From Eledone cirrhosa (lineage: Eukaryota): DNA of 64,000 bases. Below, one piece after another: positions 13,901-28,400 of the stretch (the first letter of the stretch is position 1; the number at the start of each line of letters is the position of its first letter). The stretch covers positions 415,710,001 to 415,774,000 of the forward strand of contig OZ024741.1 in the NCBI GenBank assembly GCA_964016885.1. Reading direction: 5' to 3'. The notes under the pieces were generated by a model. That model was not told where the DNA came from. It worked only from the letters and a program-made list of their open reading frames with translations, and ran no database searches. Made by a program: the position numbers and the translations under genes.

Positions 13901-16900
13901 CTGTTATATTAACTGGGGCCTCTGTTATATTAACTGGGGCCTCTGTTATATTAACTGGGGTCTCTGTTATATTAACTAGGGTCTCTGTTATTTTAAATGG
14001 GGTCTCTGTTATATTAACTGGGGCCTCTGTTATATTAACTGGGGCCTCTGTTATATTAACTGGGGTCTCTGTTATATTAACTGGGGTCTCTGTTATATTA
14101 ACTGGGGCCTCTGTTATATTAGCTGGGGCCTCTGTTATATCAACTGGGGTCTCTGTTACATTAAATGGGGTCTCTGTTATATTAACTGGGGCCTCTGTTA
14201 TATTAACTGGGCCCTCTGTTATATTAACTGGGGCCTCTGTTATATTAACTGGGGTCTCTGTTATATTAACTGGGGTATGTTATATTAACTGCGGCCTCTG
14301 TTATATTAACTGGGGCCTCTATTATAGTAACTGGGGTCTCTGTTATATTAACTGGGGTCTCTGTTATATTAACTGGGGTCTCTATCATATTAACTGGGGT
14401 CTCTGTTATATTAACAGGGGTCTCTGTTATATTAACTGGGGTCTCTGTTATATTAACTGGGGTCTCTATTATATTAAATGGCGTCTATGTTATTTTAACT
14501 GGGGCCTCTGTTATATTAACTGGGGCCTCTGTTATATTAACTGGGGTCTCTGTTATATTAACTGGGGTCTCTGTTATATTAACTGGGGTCTCTGTTATAT
14601 TAACTGGGGTCTCTGTTATATTAACTGGGGTATGTTATATTAACTGGGGTCTCTGTTATATTAACTGTGGCCTCTGTTTTATTAACTAGGGCCTCTATTA
14701 TATTAACTGGGGTCTCTGTTATATTAACTGGGGTCTCTGTTATATTAACTGGGGTCTCTGTTATATTAACTGGGGTATGTTATATTAACTGGGGTCTCTG
14801 TTATATTAACTGGGGCCTCTGTTATATTAACTGGGGCCTTTGTTATGTTAACTGGGGCCTCTGTTATATTAAATGGGGTCTCTGATATATTAACTGGGGC
14901 CTCTGATATATTAACTGGGGCCTCTGTTATATTAACTGGGGTCTCTGTTATATTAACTAGGGTCTCTGTTATATTAAATGGGGTCTCTGTTATATAAACT
15001 GGGGTCTCTGTTATATTAACTGGTGCCTCTGTCATATTAACTGGGGTCTCTGTTATATTAACTGGGGCCTCTGTTATATTAACTGGGGCCTCTGTTATAT
15101 TAACTGGGGTCTCTGTTATATTAACTGGGGTCTCTGTTATATTAACTGGGGTCTCTGTTATATTAACTGGGGCCTCTGTTATATTAACTGGGGCCTCTGT
15201 TATATTAACTGGGGTCTCTGTTATATTAACTGGGGTCTCTGTTATATTAACTGGGGTATGTTATATTAACTGGGGTCTCTATTATATTAACTGGGGTCTC
15301 TGTTATATTAACTGGGGCCTCTGTTATATTAACTGGGGCCTCTATCATATTAACTGGGGTCTCTGTTATATTAACAGGGGTCTCTGTTATATTAACTGGG
15401 GTCTCTGTTATATTAACTGGGGTCTCTATTATATTAAATGGCGTCTATGTTATTTTAACTGGGGCCTCTGTTATATTAACTGGGGCCTCTGTTATATTAA
15501 CTGGGGTCTCTGTTATATTAACTGGGGTCTCTGTTATATTAACTGGGGTCTCTGTTATATTAACTGGGGTATGTTATATTAACTGGGGTCTCTGTTATAT
15601 TAACTGGGGCCTCTGTTATATTAAATGGGGTCTCTGTTATATTAACTGGGGTCTCTGTTATATTAACTGGTGCCTCTGTCATATTAACTGGGGTCTCTGT
15701 TATATTAACTGGGGCCTCTGTTATATTAACTGGGGCCTCTGTTATATTAACTGGGGTCTCTGTTATATTAACTGGGGTCTCTGTTATATTAACTGGGGTA
15801 TGTTATATTAACTGGGGTCTCTGTTATATTAACTTGGGTCTCTGTTATGTTAACTGGGGTCTCTGTTATATTAACTGGAGCCTCTGTTAAATTAACTGGG
15901 GCTCTGTTATATTAACTGGGGCCTCTGTTATATTAAATGGGGTCTCTGTTATATTAACTGGCGCCTCTGTTATATTAACTGGGGCATCTGTTATATTAAC
16001 TGGGGTATGTTATATTAACTGGGGTCTCTGTAATATTAATTGGGGGCTCTATTATATGAACTGGGGTCTCTGTTATATTAACTGGGATCTCTGTTAAATT
16101 AACTGGGGTATGTTATATTAACTGGGGTCGCGGTTATATTAACTGGGGCCTCTATTATATTGACTTAGGTCTCTGTTATATTAACTGGGGTCTCTGTTAT
16201 ATTAACTGGGGTCTCTGTTATATTAACTGGGGTATGTTATATTAACTGGGGTCTCTGTTATATTGACTGGGGTACGTTATATTAACTGGGGTCACTGTAA
16301 TATTAACTGGGGTCTCTATTATATTAACTGGGGTCTCTGTTATATTAACTGGGATCTCTGTTATATTAACTGGGGTATGTTATATTAACTGGGGTCTCTG
16401 TTATATTAACTGGGGCCTCTGTTATATTAACTGGGGTCTCTCTTATATTAACTAGGGTCTCTGTTATATTAAATGGTGTCTCTGTTATATTAACTGGGGT
16501 CTCTGTTATATTAACTGGTGCCTCTGTTATATTAACTGGGGTCTCTGTTATATTAACTGGGGCCTCTGTTATATTAACTGGGGCCTCTGTTATATTAACT
16601 GGGGTCTCTGTTATATTAACTGGGGTCTCTGTTATATTAACTGGGATATGTTATATTAACTGGGGTCCCTGTCATATTAACTGGGGTCTCTATTATATTA
16701 ACTGGGGTCTGTGTTATATTAACTGGGGTATGTTATATTAACTGGGGTCTCTGTTATATTAACTGGGGCCTCTGTTATATTAACTGGGGCCTCTGTTATA
16801 TTAAATGGGGTCTCTGATATATTAACTGGGGTCTCTGTTATATTAAATGGGGCCTCTGATATATTAACTGGGGTCTCTGTTATATTAACTGGGGCCTCTG

Positions 16901-19900
16901 TTATATTAACTGGGGCCTCTGTTATATTAACTGGGGCCTCTGTTATATTAAATGGGGTCTCTGATATATTAACTGGGGTCTCTGTTATATTAAATGGGGT
17001 CTCTGATATTTTAACTGGGGTCTCTGTTATATTAACTGGGGTCTCTGATATATTAACTGGGGTCTCTGTTATATTAAATGGGGTCTCTGATATATTAACT
17101 GGGGTCTCTGTTATATTAACTAGGGTCTCTGTTATATTAACTGGGGCCTCTGTTATATTAAATGGGGTCTCTGTTATATTAACTGGCGCCTCTGTTATAT
17201 TAACTGGGGCCTCTGTTATATTAACTGGGGCCTCTGTTATATTAACTGGGGTCTCTGTTATATTAACTAGGGTCTCTGTTATGTTAAATGGGGTCTCTGT
17301 TATATTAACTGGGGCCTCTGTTATATTAACTGGGGCCTCTGTTATATTAACTGGGGCCTCTGTTATATTAACTGGGGGCTCTGTTATATTAACTAGGGTC
17401 TCTGTTATATTAACTGGGGCCTCTGTTATATTAAATGGGGTCTCTGTTATATTAAATGGGGTCTCTGTTATATTAACTGGCGCCTCTGTGATATTAACTG
17501 GGGCCTCTGTTATATTAACTGGGGCCTCTGTTATATTAACTGGGGTCTCTGTTATATTAACTAGGGTCTCTGTTATATTAACTGGGGCCTCTGTTATATT
17601 AAATGGGGTCTCTGTTATATTAACTGGCGCCTCTGTTATATTAACTGGGGCCTCTGTTATATTAACTGGGGCCTCTGTTATATTAACTGGGGTCTCTGTT
17701 ATATTAACTAGGGTCTCTGTTATTTTAAATGGGGTCTCTGTTATATTAACTGGGGCCTCTGTTATATTAACTGGGGCCTCTGTTATATTAACTGGGGTCT
17801 CTGTTATATTAACTGGGGTCTCTGTTATATTAACTGGGGCCTCTGTTATATTAGCTGGGGCCTCTGTTATATCAACTGGGGTCTCTGTTACATTAAATGG
17901 GGTCTCTGTTATATTAACTGGGGCCTCTGTTATATTAACTGGGCCCTCTGTTATATTAACTGGGGCCTCTGTTATATTAACTGGGGTCTCTGTTATATTA
18001 ACTGGGGTATGTTATATTAACTGCGGCCTCTGTTATATTAACTGGGGCCTCTATTATAGTAACTGGGGTCTCTGTTATATTAACTGGGGTCTCTGTTATA
18101 TTAACTGGGGTCTCTATCATATTAACTGGGGTCTCTGTTATATTAACAGGGGTCTCTGTTATATTAACTGGGGTCTCTGTTATATTAACTGGGGTCTCTA
18201 TTATATTAAATGGCGTCTATGTTATTTTAACTGGGGCCTCTGTTATATTAACTGGGGCCTCTGTTATATTAACTGGGGTCTCTGTTATATTAACTGGGGT
18301 CTCTGTTATATTAACTGGGGTCTCTGTTATATTAACTGGGGTCTCTGTTATATTAACTGGGGTATGTTATATTAACTGGGGTCTCTGTTATATTAACTGT
18401 GGCCTCTGTTTTATTAACTAGGGCCTCTATTATATTAACTGGGGTCTCTGTTATATTAACTGGGGTCTCTGTTATATTAACTGGGGTCTCTGTTATATTA
18501 ACTGGGGTATGTTATATTAACTGGGGTCTCTGTTATATTAACTGGGGCCTCTGTTATATTAACTGGGGCCTTTGTTATGTTAACTGGGGCCTCTGTTATA
18601 TTAAATGGGGTCTCTGATATATTAACTGGGGCCTCTGATATATTAACTGGGGCCTCTGTTATATTAACTGGGGTCTCTGTTATATTAACTAGGGTCTCTG
18701 TTATATTAAATGGGGTCTCTGTTATATTAACTGGGGTCTCTGTTATATTAACTGGTGCCTCTGTCATATTAACTGGGGTCTCTGTTATATTAACTGGGGC
18801 CTCTGTTATATTAACTGGGGCCTCTGTTATATTAACTGGGGTCTCTGTTATATTAACTGGGGTCTCTGTTATATTAACTGGGGTCTCTGTTATATTAACT
18901 GGGGCCTCTGTTATATTAACTGGGGCCTCTGTTATATTAACTGGGGTCTCTGTTATATTAACTGGGGTCTCTGTTATATTAACTGGGGTATGTTATATTA
19001 ACTGGGGTCTCTATTATATTAACTGGGGTCTCTGTTATATTAACTGGGGCCTCTGTTATATTAACTGGGGCCTCTATCATATTAACTGGGGTCTCTGTTA
19101 TATTAACAGGGGTCTCTGTTATATTAACTGGGGTCTCTGTTATATTAACTGGGGTCTCTATTATATTAAATGGCGTCTATGTTATTTTAACTGGGGCCTC
19201 TGTTATATTAACTGGGGCCTCTGTTATATTAACTGGGGTCTCTGTTATATTAACTGGGGTCTCTGTTATATTAACTGGGGTCTCTGTTATATTAACTGGG
19301 GTATGTTATATTAACTGGGGTCTCTGTTATATTAACTGGGGCCTCTGTTATATTAAATGGGGTCTCTGTTATATTAACTGGGGTCTCTGTTATATTAACT
19401 GGTGCCTCTGTCATATTAACTGGGGTCTCTGTTATATTAACTGGGGCCTCTGTTATATTAACTGGGGCCTCTGTTATATTAACTGGGGTCTCTGTTATAT
19501 TAACTGGGGTCTCTGTTATATTAACTGGGGTATGTTATATTAACTGGGGTCTCTATTATATTAACTGGGGTCTCTGTTATATTAACTGGGGCCTCTGTTA
19601 TATTAACTGGGGTCTCTGTTATATTAACTGGGGTCTCTGTTATATTAACTGGTGCCTCTGTTATATTAACTGGGGTCTCTGTTATATTAACTGGGGCCTC
19701 TGTTATATTAACTGGGGCCTCTGTTATAATAACTGGGGTCTCTCTTATATTAACTGGGGTCTCTGTTATATTAACTGGGGTATGTTATATTAACTGGGGT
19801 GTCTGTAATATTAACTGGGGTCTCTATTATATTAACTGGGGTCTCTGTTATATTAACTGGGGCCTCTGTTATATTAACTGGGGTCTCTGTTATATTAACT

Positions 19901-22900
19901 GGGGCCTCTGTTATATTAACTGGGGCTTCTGTTATATTAACTAGAGCCTCCGTTATATTAACTGGGGTCTCTGTTATATTTACTGGGGTCTCTGTTATCT
20001 TAAATGGGGTTTCTGTTATATTAACTGGGGTCTCTGTTATATTAACTGGTGCCTCTGTTATATTAACTGGGGCCTCTGTTATATTAACTGGGGCCTCTGT
20101 TATATTAACTGGGGCCTCTGTTATATTAACTGGGGCCTCTGTTATATTAACTGGGGTCTCTGTTATATTAACTTGGGTCTCTGTTATATTAACTGGGGCC
20201 TCTGTTATATTAGCTGGGGCCTCTGTTATATTAACTGGGGTCTCTGTTACATTAAATGGGGTCTCTGTTATATTAAATGGGGCCTCTGTTATATTAACTG
20301 GGGCCTCTGTTATATTAACTGGGGTCTCTGTTATATTAACTGGGGTATGTTATATTAACTGGGGCCTCTGTTATATTAACTGGGGCCTCTATTATAGTAA
20401 CTGGGGTCTCTGTTATTTTAACTGGGGTCTCTGTTATATTAACTGGGGTCTCCTTCATATTAACTGGGGTCTCTGTTATATTAACAGGGGTCTCTGTTAT
20501 ATTAACTGGGGTCTCTGTTATATTAACTGGGGTCTCTATTATATTATATGGCGTCTATGTTATTTTAACTGGGGCCTCTGTTATATTAACTGGGGTCTCT
20601 GTTATTTTAACTGGGGTATGTTATATTAACTGTGGCCTCTGTTATATTAACTGGGGCCTCTATTATATTAACTGGGGTCTCTGTTATATTAACTGGGGTC
20701 TCTGTTATATTAACTGGGGCCTCTGTTATATTAACTGAGGTCTCTGTTATATTAACTGGGGTCTCTGTTATATTAACTGGGGTCTCTGTTATATTAACTG
20801 GGGTCTCTGTTATATTAACTGGAATCTCTGTTATATTAACTGGGGTCTCTGTTATATTAACTGGGGCCTCTGTTATATTAACTGGGGCCTCTGTTATATT
20901 AACTGGGGCCTCTGTTATATTAACTGGGGTCTCTGTTATATTAACTGGTGCCTCTGTTATATTAACTGGGGTCTCTGTTATATTAACTGGGGTCTCTGTT
21001 ATATTAACTGGGGTCTCTATTATATTAAATGGCGTCTATGTTATTTGAACTGGGGCCTCTGTTATATTAACTGGGGTCTCTGTTATATTAACTGGGGTAT
21101 GTTATATTAACTGTGGCCTCTGTTATATTAACTGGGGCCTCTATTATATTAACTGTGGTCTCTGTTATATTAACTGGGGTCTCTGTTATATTAACTGGGG
21201 CCTCTGTTATATTAACTGGGGTCTCTGTTATATTAACTGGGGTCTCTGTTATATTAACTGGGGTCTCTGTTATATTAACTGGGGTATGTTATATTAACTG
21301 GGGTCTCTGTTATATTAACTGTGGCCTCTGTTATATTAACTGGGGCCTCTATTATATTAACTGGGGTCTCTGTTATATTAACTGGGGTCTCTGTTATATT
21401 AACTGGGGTCTCTGTTATATTAACTGGGGTCTCTGTTATATTAACTGGAGTCTCTGTTATATTAACTGGGGTATGTTATAGTAACTGGGGTCTCTGTTAT
21501 ATTAACTGGGGCCTCTGTTATATTAACTGGGGCCTCTGTTATATTAACTGGGGCCTCTGTTATATTAAATGGGGTCTCTGATATATTAACTGGGGTCTCT
21601 GTTATATTAACTGGGGCCTCTGTTATATTAACTGGGGTCTCTGTTATATTAACTGGGGCCTCTGTTATATTAAATGGGGTCTCTGTTATATCAACTGGCG
21701 CCTCTGTTATATTAACTGGTGCCTCTGTTATATTAACTGGGGCCTCTGTTATATTAACTGGGGTCTCTGTTATATTAACTAGGGTCTCTGTTATATTAAA
21801 TGGGGTCTGTGTTATATTAACTGGGGTCTCTGTTATATTAACTGGTGCCTCTGTTATATTAACTGGGGTCTCTGTTATATTAACTGGGGCCTCTGTTATA
21901 TTAACTGGGGCCTCTGTTATATTAACTGGGGTCTCTGTTATATTAACTGGGGTCTCTGTTATATTAACTGGGGTATGTTATATTAACTGGGGTCTCTGTA
22001 ATATTAACTGGGTTCTCTATTATATTAACTGGGGTCTCTGTTATATTAACTGGGGCCTCTGTTATATTAACTGGGGTCTCTGTTATATTAACTAGGGTCT
22101 CTGTTATATTAAATAGGGTCTCTGTTATATTAACTGGGGTCTCTGTTATATTAACTGGTGCCTCTGTTATATTAACTGGGATCTCTGTTATATTAACTGG
22201 GGCCTCTGTTATATTAACTGGGACCTCTGTTATATTAACTGGGGTCTCTGTTATATTAACTGGGGTCTCTGTTATATTAACTGGGGTATGTTATATTAAC
22301 TGGGGTCTCTGTTATATTAACTGGGGCCTCTGTTATATTAACTGGGGCCTCTGTTATATTAACTGGGGCCTCTGTTATATTAAATGGGGTCTCTGTTATA
22401 TTAACTGGGGTCTCTGTTATATTAACTGGGGTATGTTATATTAACTGGGGTCTCTGTTATATTAACTGGGGCCTCTGTTATATTAACTGGGGCCTCTGTT
22501 ATATTAACTGGGGCCTCTGTTATATTAAATGGGGTCTCTGTTATATTAACTGGCGCCTCTGTTATATTAACTGGGGCCTCTGTTATATTAACTGGGGCCT
22601 CTGTTATATTAACTGGGGTCTCTGTTATATTAACTAGGGTCTCTGTTATATTAAATGGGGTCTCTGTTATATTAACTGGGGCCTCTGTTATATTAACTGG
22701 GGTCTCTTATATATTAACTGGGGTCTCTGTTATATTAACTGGGGTATGTTATATTAACTGGGGTCTCTGTAATATTAACTGGGGTCTCTATTATATTAAC
22801 TGGGGTCTCTGTTATATTAACTGGGGCCTCTGTTATATTAACTGGGGCCTCTGTTATATTAACTGGGGTCTCTGTTATATTAACTGGGGTCTCTGTTATA

Positions 22901-23036
22901 TTAACTGGTGCCTCTGTTATATTAACTGGGGTCTCTGTTATATTAACTGGGGCCTCTGTTATATTAACTGGGGCCTCTGTTATAATAACTGGGGTCTCTC
23001 TTATATTAACTGGGGTCTCTGTTATATTAACTGGGG

Positions 23037-24770
23037 TATGTTATATTAACTGGGGTGTCTGTAATATTAACTGGGGTCTCTATTATATTAACTGGGGTCT
23101 CTGTTATATTAACTGGGGCCTCTGTTATATTAACTGGGGTCTCTGTTATATTAACTGGGGCCTCTGTTATATTAACTGGGGCCTCTGTTATATTAACTGG
23201 AGCCTCCGTTATATTAACTGGGGTCTCTGTTATATTAACTGGGGTCTCTGTTATCTTAAATGGGGTTTCTGTTATATTAACTGGGGTCTCTGTTATATTA
23301 ACTGGTGCCTCTGTTATATTAACTGGGGTCTCTGTTATATTAACTGGGGCCTCTGTTATATTAACTGGGGTCTCTATTATATTAACTGGGGTCTCTGTTA
23401 TATTAACTGGGGTCTCTGTTACATTAAATGGGGTCTCTGTTATATTAACTGGGGCCTCTGTTATATTAACTGGGGTCTCTGTTATATTAACTGGGGCCTC
23501 TGTTATATTAACTGGGCTCTCTGTTTTATTTACTGGGGTCTCTGTTATATTAACTGAGGTCTCTGTTATATTAACTGGGGTCTCTGTTATATTAACTGAG
23601 GTCTCTGTTATATTAACTGGGGTCTCTATTATATTAACTGGGGTCTCTGTTATATTAACTGGGGTCTCTGTTATATTAACTGGGGTATGTTATATTAACT
23701 GGGGTCTCTGTTATATCAACTGGGTTCTCTGTTATATTAACTGGGGTATGTTATATTAACTGGGGTCTCTGTTATATTAACTGGGGTCTCGGTTATATTA
23801 ACTGGGGTATGTTATATTAACTGGGGTCTCTGTAATATTAACTGGGTCCTCTGTTATATTAACTGGGTCCTCTGTTATATTAAATGGGGTCTCTGTTATA
23901 TTAGCTGGGGCCTCTGTTATATTAACTGGGGTCTCTGTTACATTAAATGGGGTCTCTGTATATTAACTGGGGCCTCTGTAATATTAACTGGGTTCTGTTA
24001 TATTAACTGGGGTCTCTGTTATATTAACTGGGGTCTCTGTTATATTAACTGGGGTCTCTATTATATTAACTAGGGTCTCTGTTATATTAACTGGGGCATC
24101 TGTAATATTAACTGGGGTATGTTATATTAACTGGGGTCTCTGTTATATTAACTGAGGTCTCTGTTATATTAACTGGGGTCTCTGTTATATTAACTGGGGA
24201 CTCTGTTATATTAACTGGGGTCTCGGTTATATTAACTGGGGCCTCTATTATATTAACTTAGGTCACTGTTATATTAACTGGGGTCTCTGTTATATTAACT
24301 GGGGTCTCTGTTATATTAACTGGGGTCTCTGTTATATTAACTGGGGTCTCTGTTATATTAACTGGGGTATGTTATATTAACTGGGGTCTCTGTTATATTA
24401 ACTTGGGTCTCTGTTATGTTAACTGGGGTCTCTGTTATATTAACTGGGGCCTCTGTTATATTAACTGGGGCCTCTGTTATATTAACTGGGGCCTCTGTTA
24501 TATTAAATGGGGTCTCTGTTATATTAACTGGCGCCTCTGTTATATTAACTGGGGCATCTGTTATATTAACTGGGGTATGTTATATTAACTGGGGTCTCTG
24601 TAATATTAATTGGGGTCTCTATTATATTAACTGGGGTCTCTGTTATATTAACTGGGATCTCTGTTAAATTAACTGGGGTATGTTATATTAACTGGGGTCG
24701 CGGTTATATTAACTGGGGCCTCTATTATATTGACTTAGGTCTCTGTTATATTAACTGGGGTCTCTGTTAC
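23037..24770. repeat. Long-range copy of window positions 1 to about 1730, offset 23,036-23,037 bp
   Basis: The 234-aa ORFs at 19 and 23055 are nearly identical, TCGCGG lies at 1661 and 24698, and the rare variants occur in the same order. Confidence 0.85.
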
Positions 24771-25460
24771 ATTAAATGGGGTCTCTGTATATTAACTGGG
24801 GCCTCTTTAATATTAACTGGGTTCTGTTATATTAACTGGGGTCTCTGTTATATTAACTGGGGTCTCTGTTATATTAACTGGGGTCTCTATTATATTAACT
24901 AGGGTCTCTGTTATATTAACTGGGGCATCTGTAATATTAACCGGGGTATGTTATATTAACTGGGGTCTCTGTTATATTAACTGAGGTCTCTGTTATATTA
25001 ACTGGGGTCTCTGTTATATTAACTGGGGACTCTGTTATATTAACTGGGGTCTCGGTTATATTAACTGGGGCCTCTACTATATTAACTTAGGTCACTGTTA
25101 TATTAACTGGGGTCTCTGTTATATTAACTGGGGTCTCTGTTATATTAACTGGGGTCTCTGTTATATTAACTGGGGTCTCTGTTATATTAACTGGGGTATG
25201 TTATATTAACTGGGGCCTCTGTTATATTAACTTGGGTCTCTGTTATGTTAACTGGGGTATCTGTTATATTAACTGGGGCCTCTGTTATATTAACTGGGGC
25301 CTCTGTTATATTAACTGGGGCCTCTGTTATATTAAATGGGGTCTCTGTTATATTAACTGGCGCCTCTGTTATATTAACTGGGGCATCTGTTATATTAACT
25401 GGGGTATGTTATATTAACTGGGGTCTCTGTAATATTAATTGGGGTCTCTATTATATTAAC
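23920..25460. repeat. Local tandem duplication, unit 829 bp
   Basis: ORF pairs 24403/25232 and 24416/25245 are offset by 829, and the GGGGACTC-TCTCGG-ACTTAGGTCAC variant series appears twice. Confidence 0.78.
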
Positions 25461-25499
25461 AGGGGTCTCTGTTATATTGACTGGGGTACGTTATATTAA

Positions 25500-28400
25500 C
25501 TGGGGTCACTGTAATATTAACTGGGGTCTCTATTATATTAACTGGGGTCTCTGTTATATTAACTGGGATCTCTGTTATATTAACTGGGGTATGTTATATT
25601 AACTGGGGTCTCTGTTATATTAACTGGGGCCTCTGTTATATTAACTGGGGTCTCTCTTATATTAACTAGGGTCTCTGTTATATTAAATGGTGTCTCTGTT
25701 ATATTAACTGGGGTCTCTGTTATATTAACTGGTGCCTCTGTTATATTAACTGGGGTCTCTGTTATATTAACTGGGGCCTCTGTTATATTAACTGGGGCCT
25801 CTGTTATATTAACTGGGGTCTCTGTTATATTAACTGGGGTCTCTGTTATATTAACTGGGATATGTTATATTAACTGGGGTACCTGTCATATTAACTGGGG
25901 TCTCTATTATATTAACTGGGGTCTGTGTTATATTAACTGGGGTATGTTATATTAACTGGGGTCTCTGTTATATTAACTGGGGTCTCTGTTATATTAACTG
26001 GGGCCTCTGTTATATTAACTGGGGCCTCTGTTATATTAAATGGGGTCTCTGATATATTAACTGGGGTCTCTGTTATATTAAATGGGGCCTCTGATATATT
26101 AACTGGGGTCTCTGTTATATTAACTGGGGCCTCTGTTATATTAACTGGGGCCTCTGTTATATTAACTGGGGCCTCTGTTATATTAAATGGGGTCTCTGAT
26201 ATATTAACTGGGGTCTCTGTTATATTATATGGGGTCTCTGATATATTAACTGGGGTCTCTGTTATATTAACTGGGGTCTCTGATATATTAACTGGGGTCT
26301 CTGTTATATTAAATGGGGTCTCTGATATATTAACTGGGGTCTCTGTTATATTAACTAGGGTCTCTGTTATATTAACTGGGGCCTCTGTTATATTAAATGG
26401 GGTCTCTGTTATATTAACTGGCGCCTCTGTTATATTAACTGGGGCCTCTGTTATATTAACTGGGGCCTCTGTTATATTAACTGGGGTCTCTGTTATATTA
26501 ACTAGGGTCTCTGTTATGTTAAATGGGGTCTCTGTTATATTAACTGGGGCCTCTGTTATATTAACTGGGGCCTCTGTTATATTAACTGGGGCCTCTGTTA
26601 TATTAACTGGGGGCTCTGTTATATTAACTAGGGTCTCTGTTATATTAACTGGGGCCTCTGTTATATTAAATGGGGTCTCTGTTATATTAAATGGGGTCTC
26701 TGTTATATTAACTGGCGCCTCTGTGATATTAACTGGGGCCTCTGTTATATTAACTGGGGCCTCTGTTATATTAACTGGGGTCTCTGTTATATTAACTAGG
26801 GTCTCTGTTATATTAACTGGGGCCTCTGTTATATTAAATGGGGTCTCTGTTATATTAACTGGCGCCTCTGTTATATTAACTGGGGCCTCTGTTATATTAA
26901 CTGGGGCCTCTGTTATATTATCTGGGGTCTCTGTTATATTAACTAGGGTCTCTGTTATGTTAAATGGGGTCTCTGTTATATTAACTGGGGCCTCTGTTAT
27001 ATTAACTGGGGCCTCTGTTATATTAACTGGGGTCTCTGTTATATTAACTGGGGTCTCTGTTATATTAACTGGGGCCTCTGTTATATTAGCTGGGGCCTCT
27101 GTTATATCAACTGGGGTCTCTGTTACATTAAATGGGGTCTCTGTTATATTAACTGGGGCCTCTGTTATATTAACTGGGCCCTCTGTTATATTAACTGGGG
27201 CCTCTGTTATATTAACTGGGGTCTCTGTTATATTAACTGGGGTATGTTATATTAACTGCGGCCTCTGTTATATTAACTGGGGCCTCTATTATAGTAACTG
27301 GGGTCACTGTTATATTAACTGGGGTCTCTGTTATATTAACTGGGGTCTCTATCATATTAACTGGGGTCTCTGTTATATTAACAGGGGTCTCTGTTATATT
27401 AACTGGGGTCTCTGTTATATTAACTGGGGTCTCTATTATATTAAATGGCGTCTATGTTATTTTAACTGGGGCCTCTGTTATATTAACTGGGGCCTCTGTT
27501 ATATTAACTGGGGTCTCTGTTATATTAACTGGGGTCTCTGTTATATTAACTGGGGTCTCTGTTATATTAACTGGGGTATGTTATATTAACTGGGGTCTCT
27601 GTTATATTAACTGTGGCCTCTGTTTTATTAACTAGGGCCTCTATTATATTAACTGGGGTCTCTGTTATATTAACTGGGGTCTCTGTTATATTAACTGGGG
27701 TCTCTGTTATATTAACTGGGGTATGTTATATTAACTGGGGTCTCTGTTATATTAACTGGGGCCTCTGTTATATTAACTGGGGCCTTTGTTATGTTAACTG
27801 GGGCCTCTGTTATATTAAATGGGGTCTCTGATATATTAACTGGGGCCTCTGATATATTAACTGGGGCCTCTGTTATATTAACTGGGGTCTCTGTTATATT
27901 AACTAGGGTCTCTGTTATATTAAATGGGGTCTCTGTTATATTAACTGGGGTCTCTGTTATATTAACTGGTGCCTCTGTCATATTAACTGGGGTCTCTGTT
28001 ATATTAACTGGGGCCTCTGTTATATTAACTGGGGCCTCTGTTATATTAACTGGGGTCTCTGTTATATTAACTGGGGTCTCTGTTATATTAACTGGGGTAT
28101 GTTATATTAACTGGGGTCTCTGTTATATTAACTGGGGCCTCTGTTATATTAACTGGGGCCTCTGTTATATTAACTGGGGCCTCTGTTATATTAAATGGGG
28201 TCTCTGATATATTAACAGGGGTCTCTGTTATATTAACTGGGGCCTCTGTTGTATTAACTGGGGCCTCTGTTATATTAACTGGGGCCTCTGTTATATTAAA
28301 TGGGGTCTCTGTTATATTAACTGGCACCTCTGTTATATTAACTGGGGCCTCTGTTATATTAACTGGGGCCTCTGTTATATTAACTGGGGTCTCTGTTATA

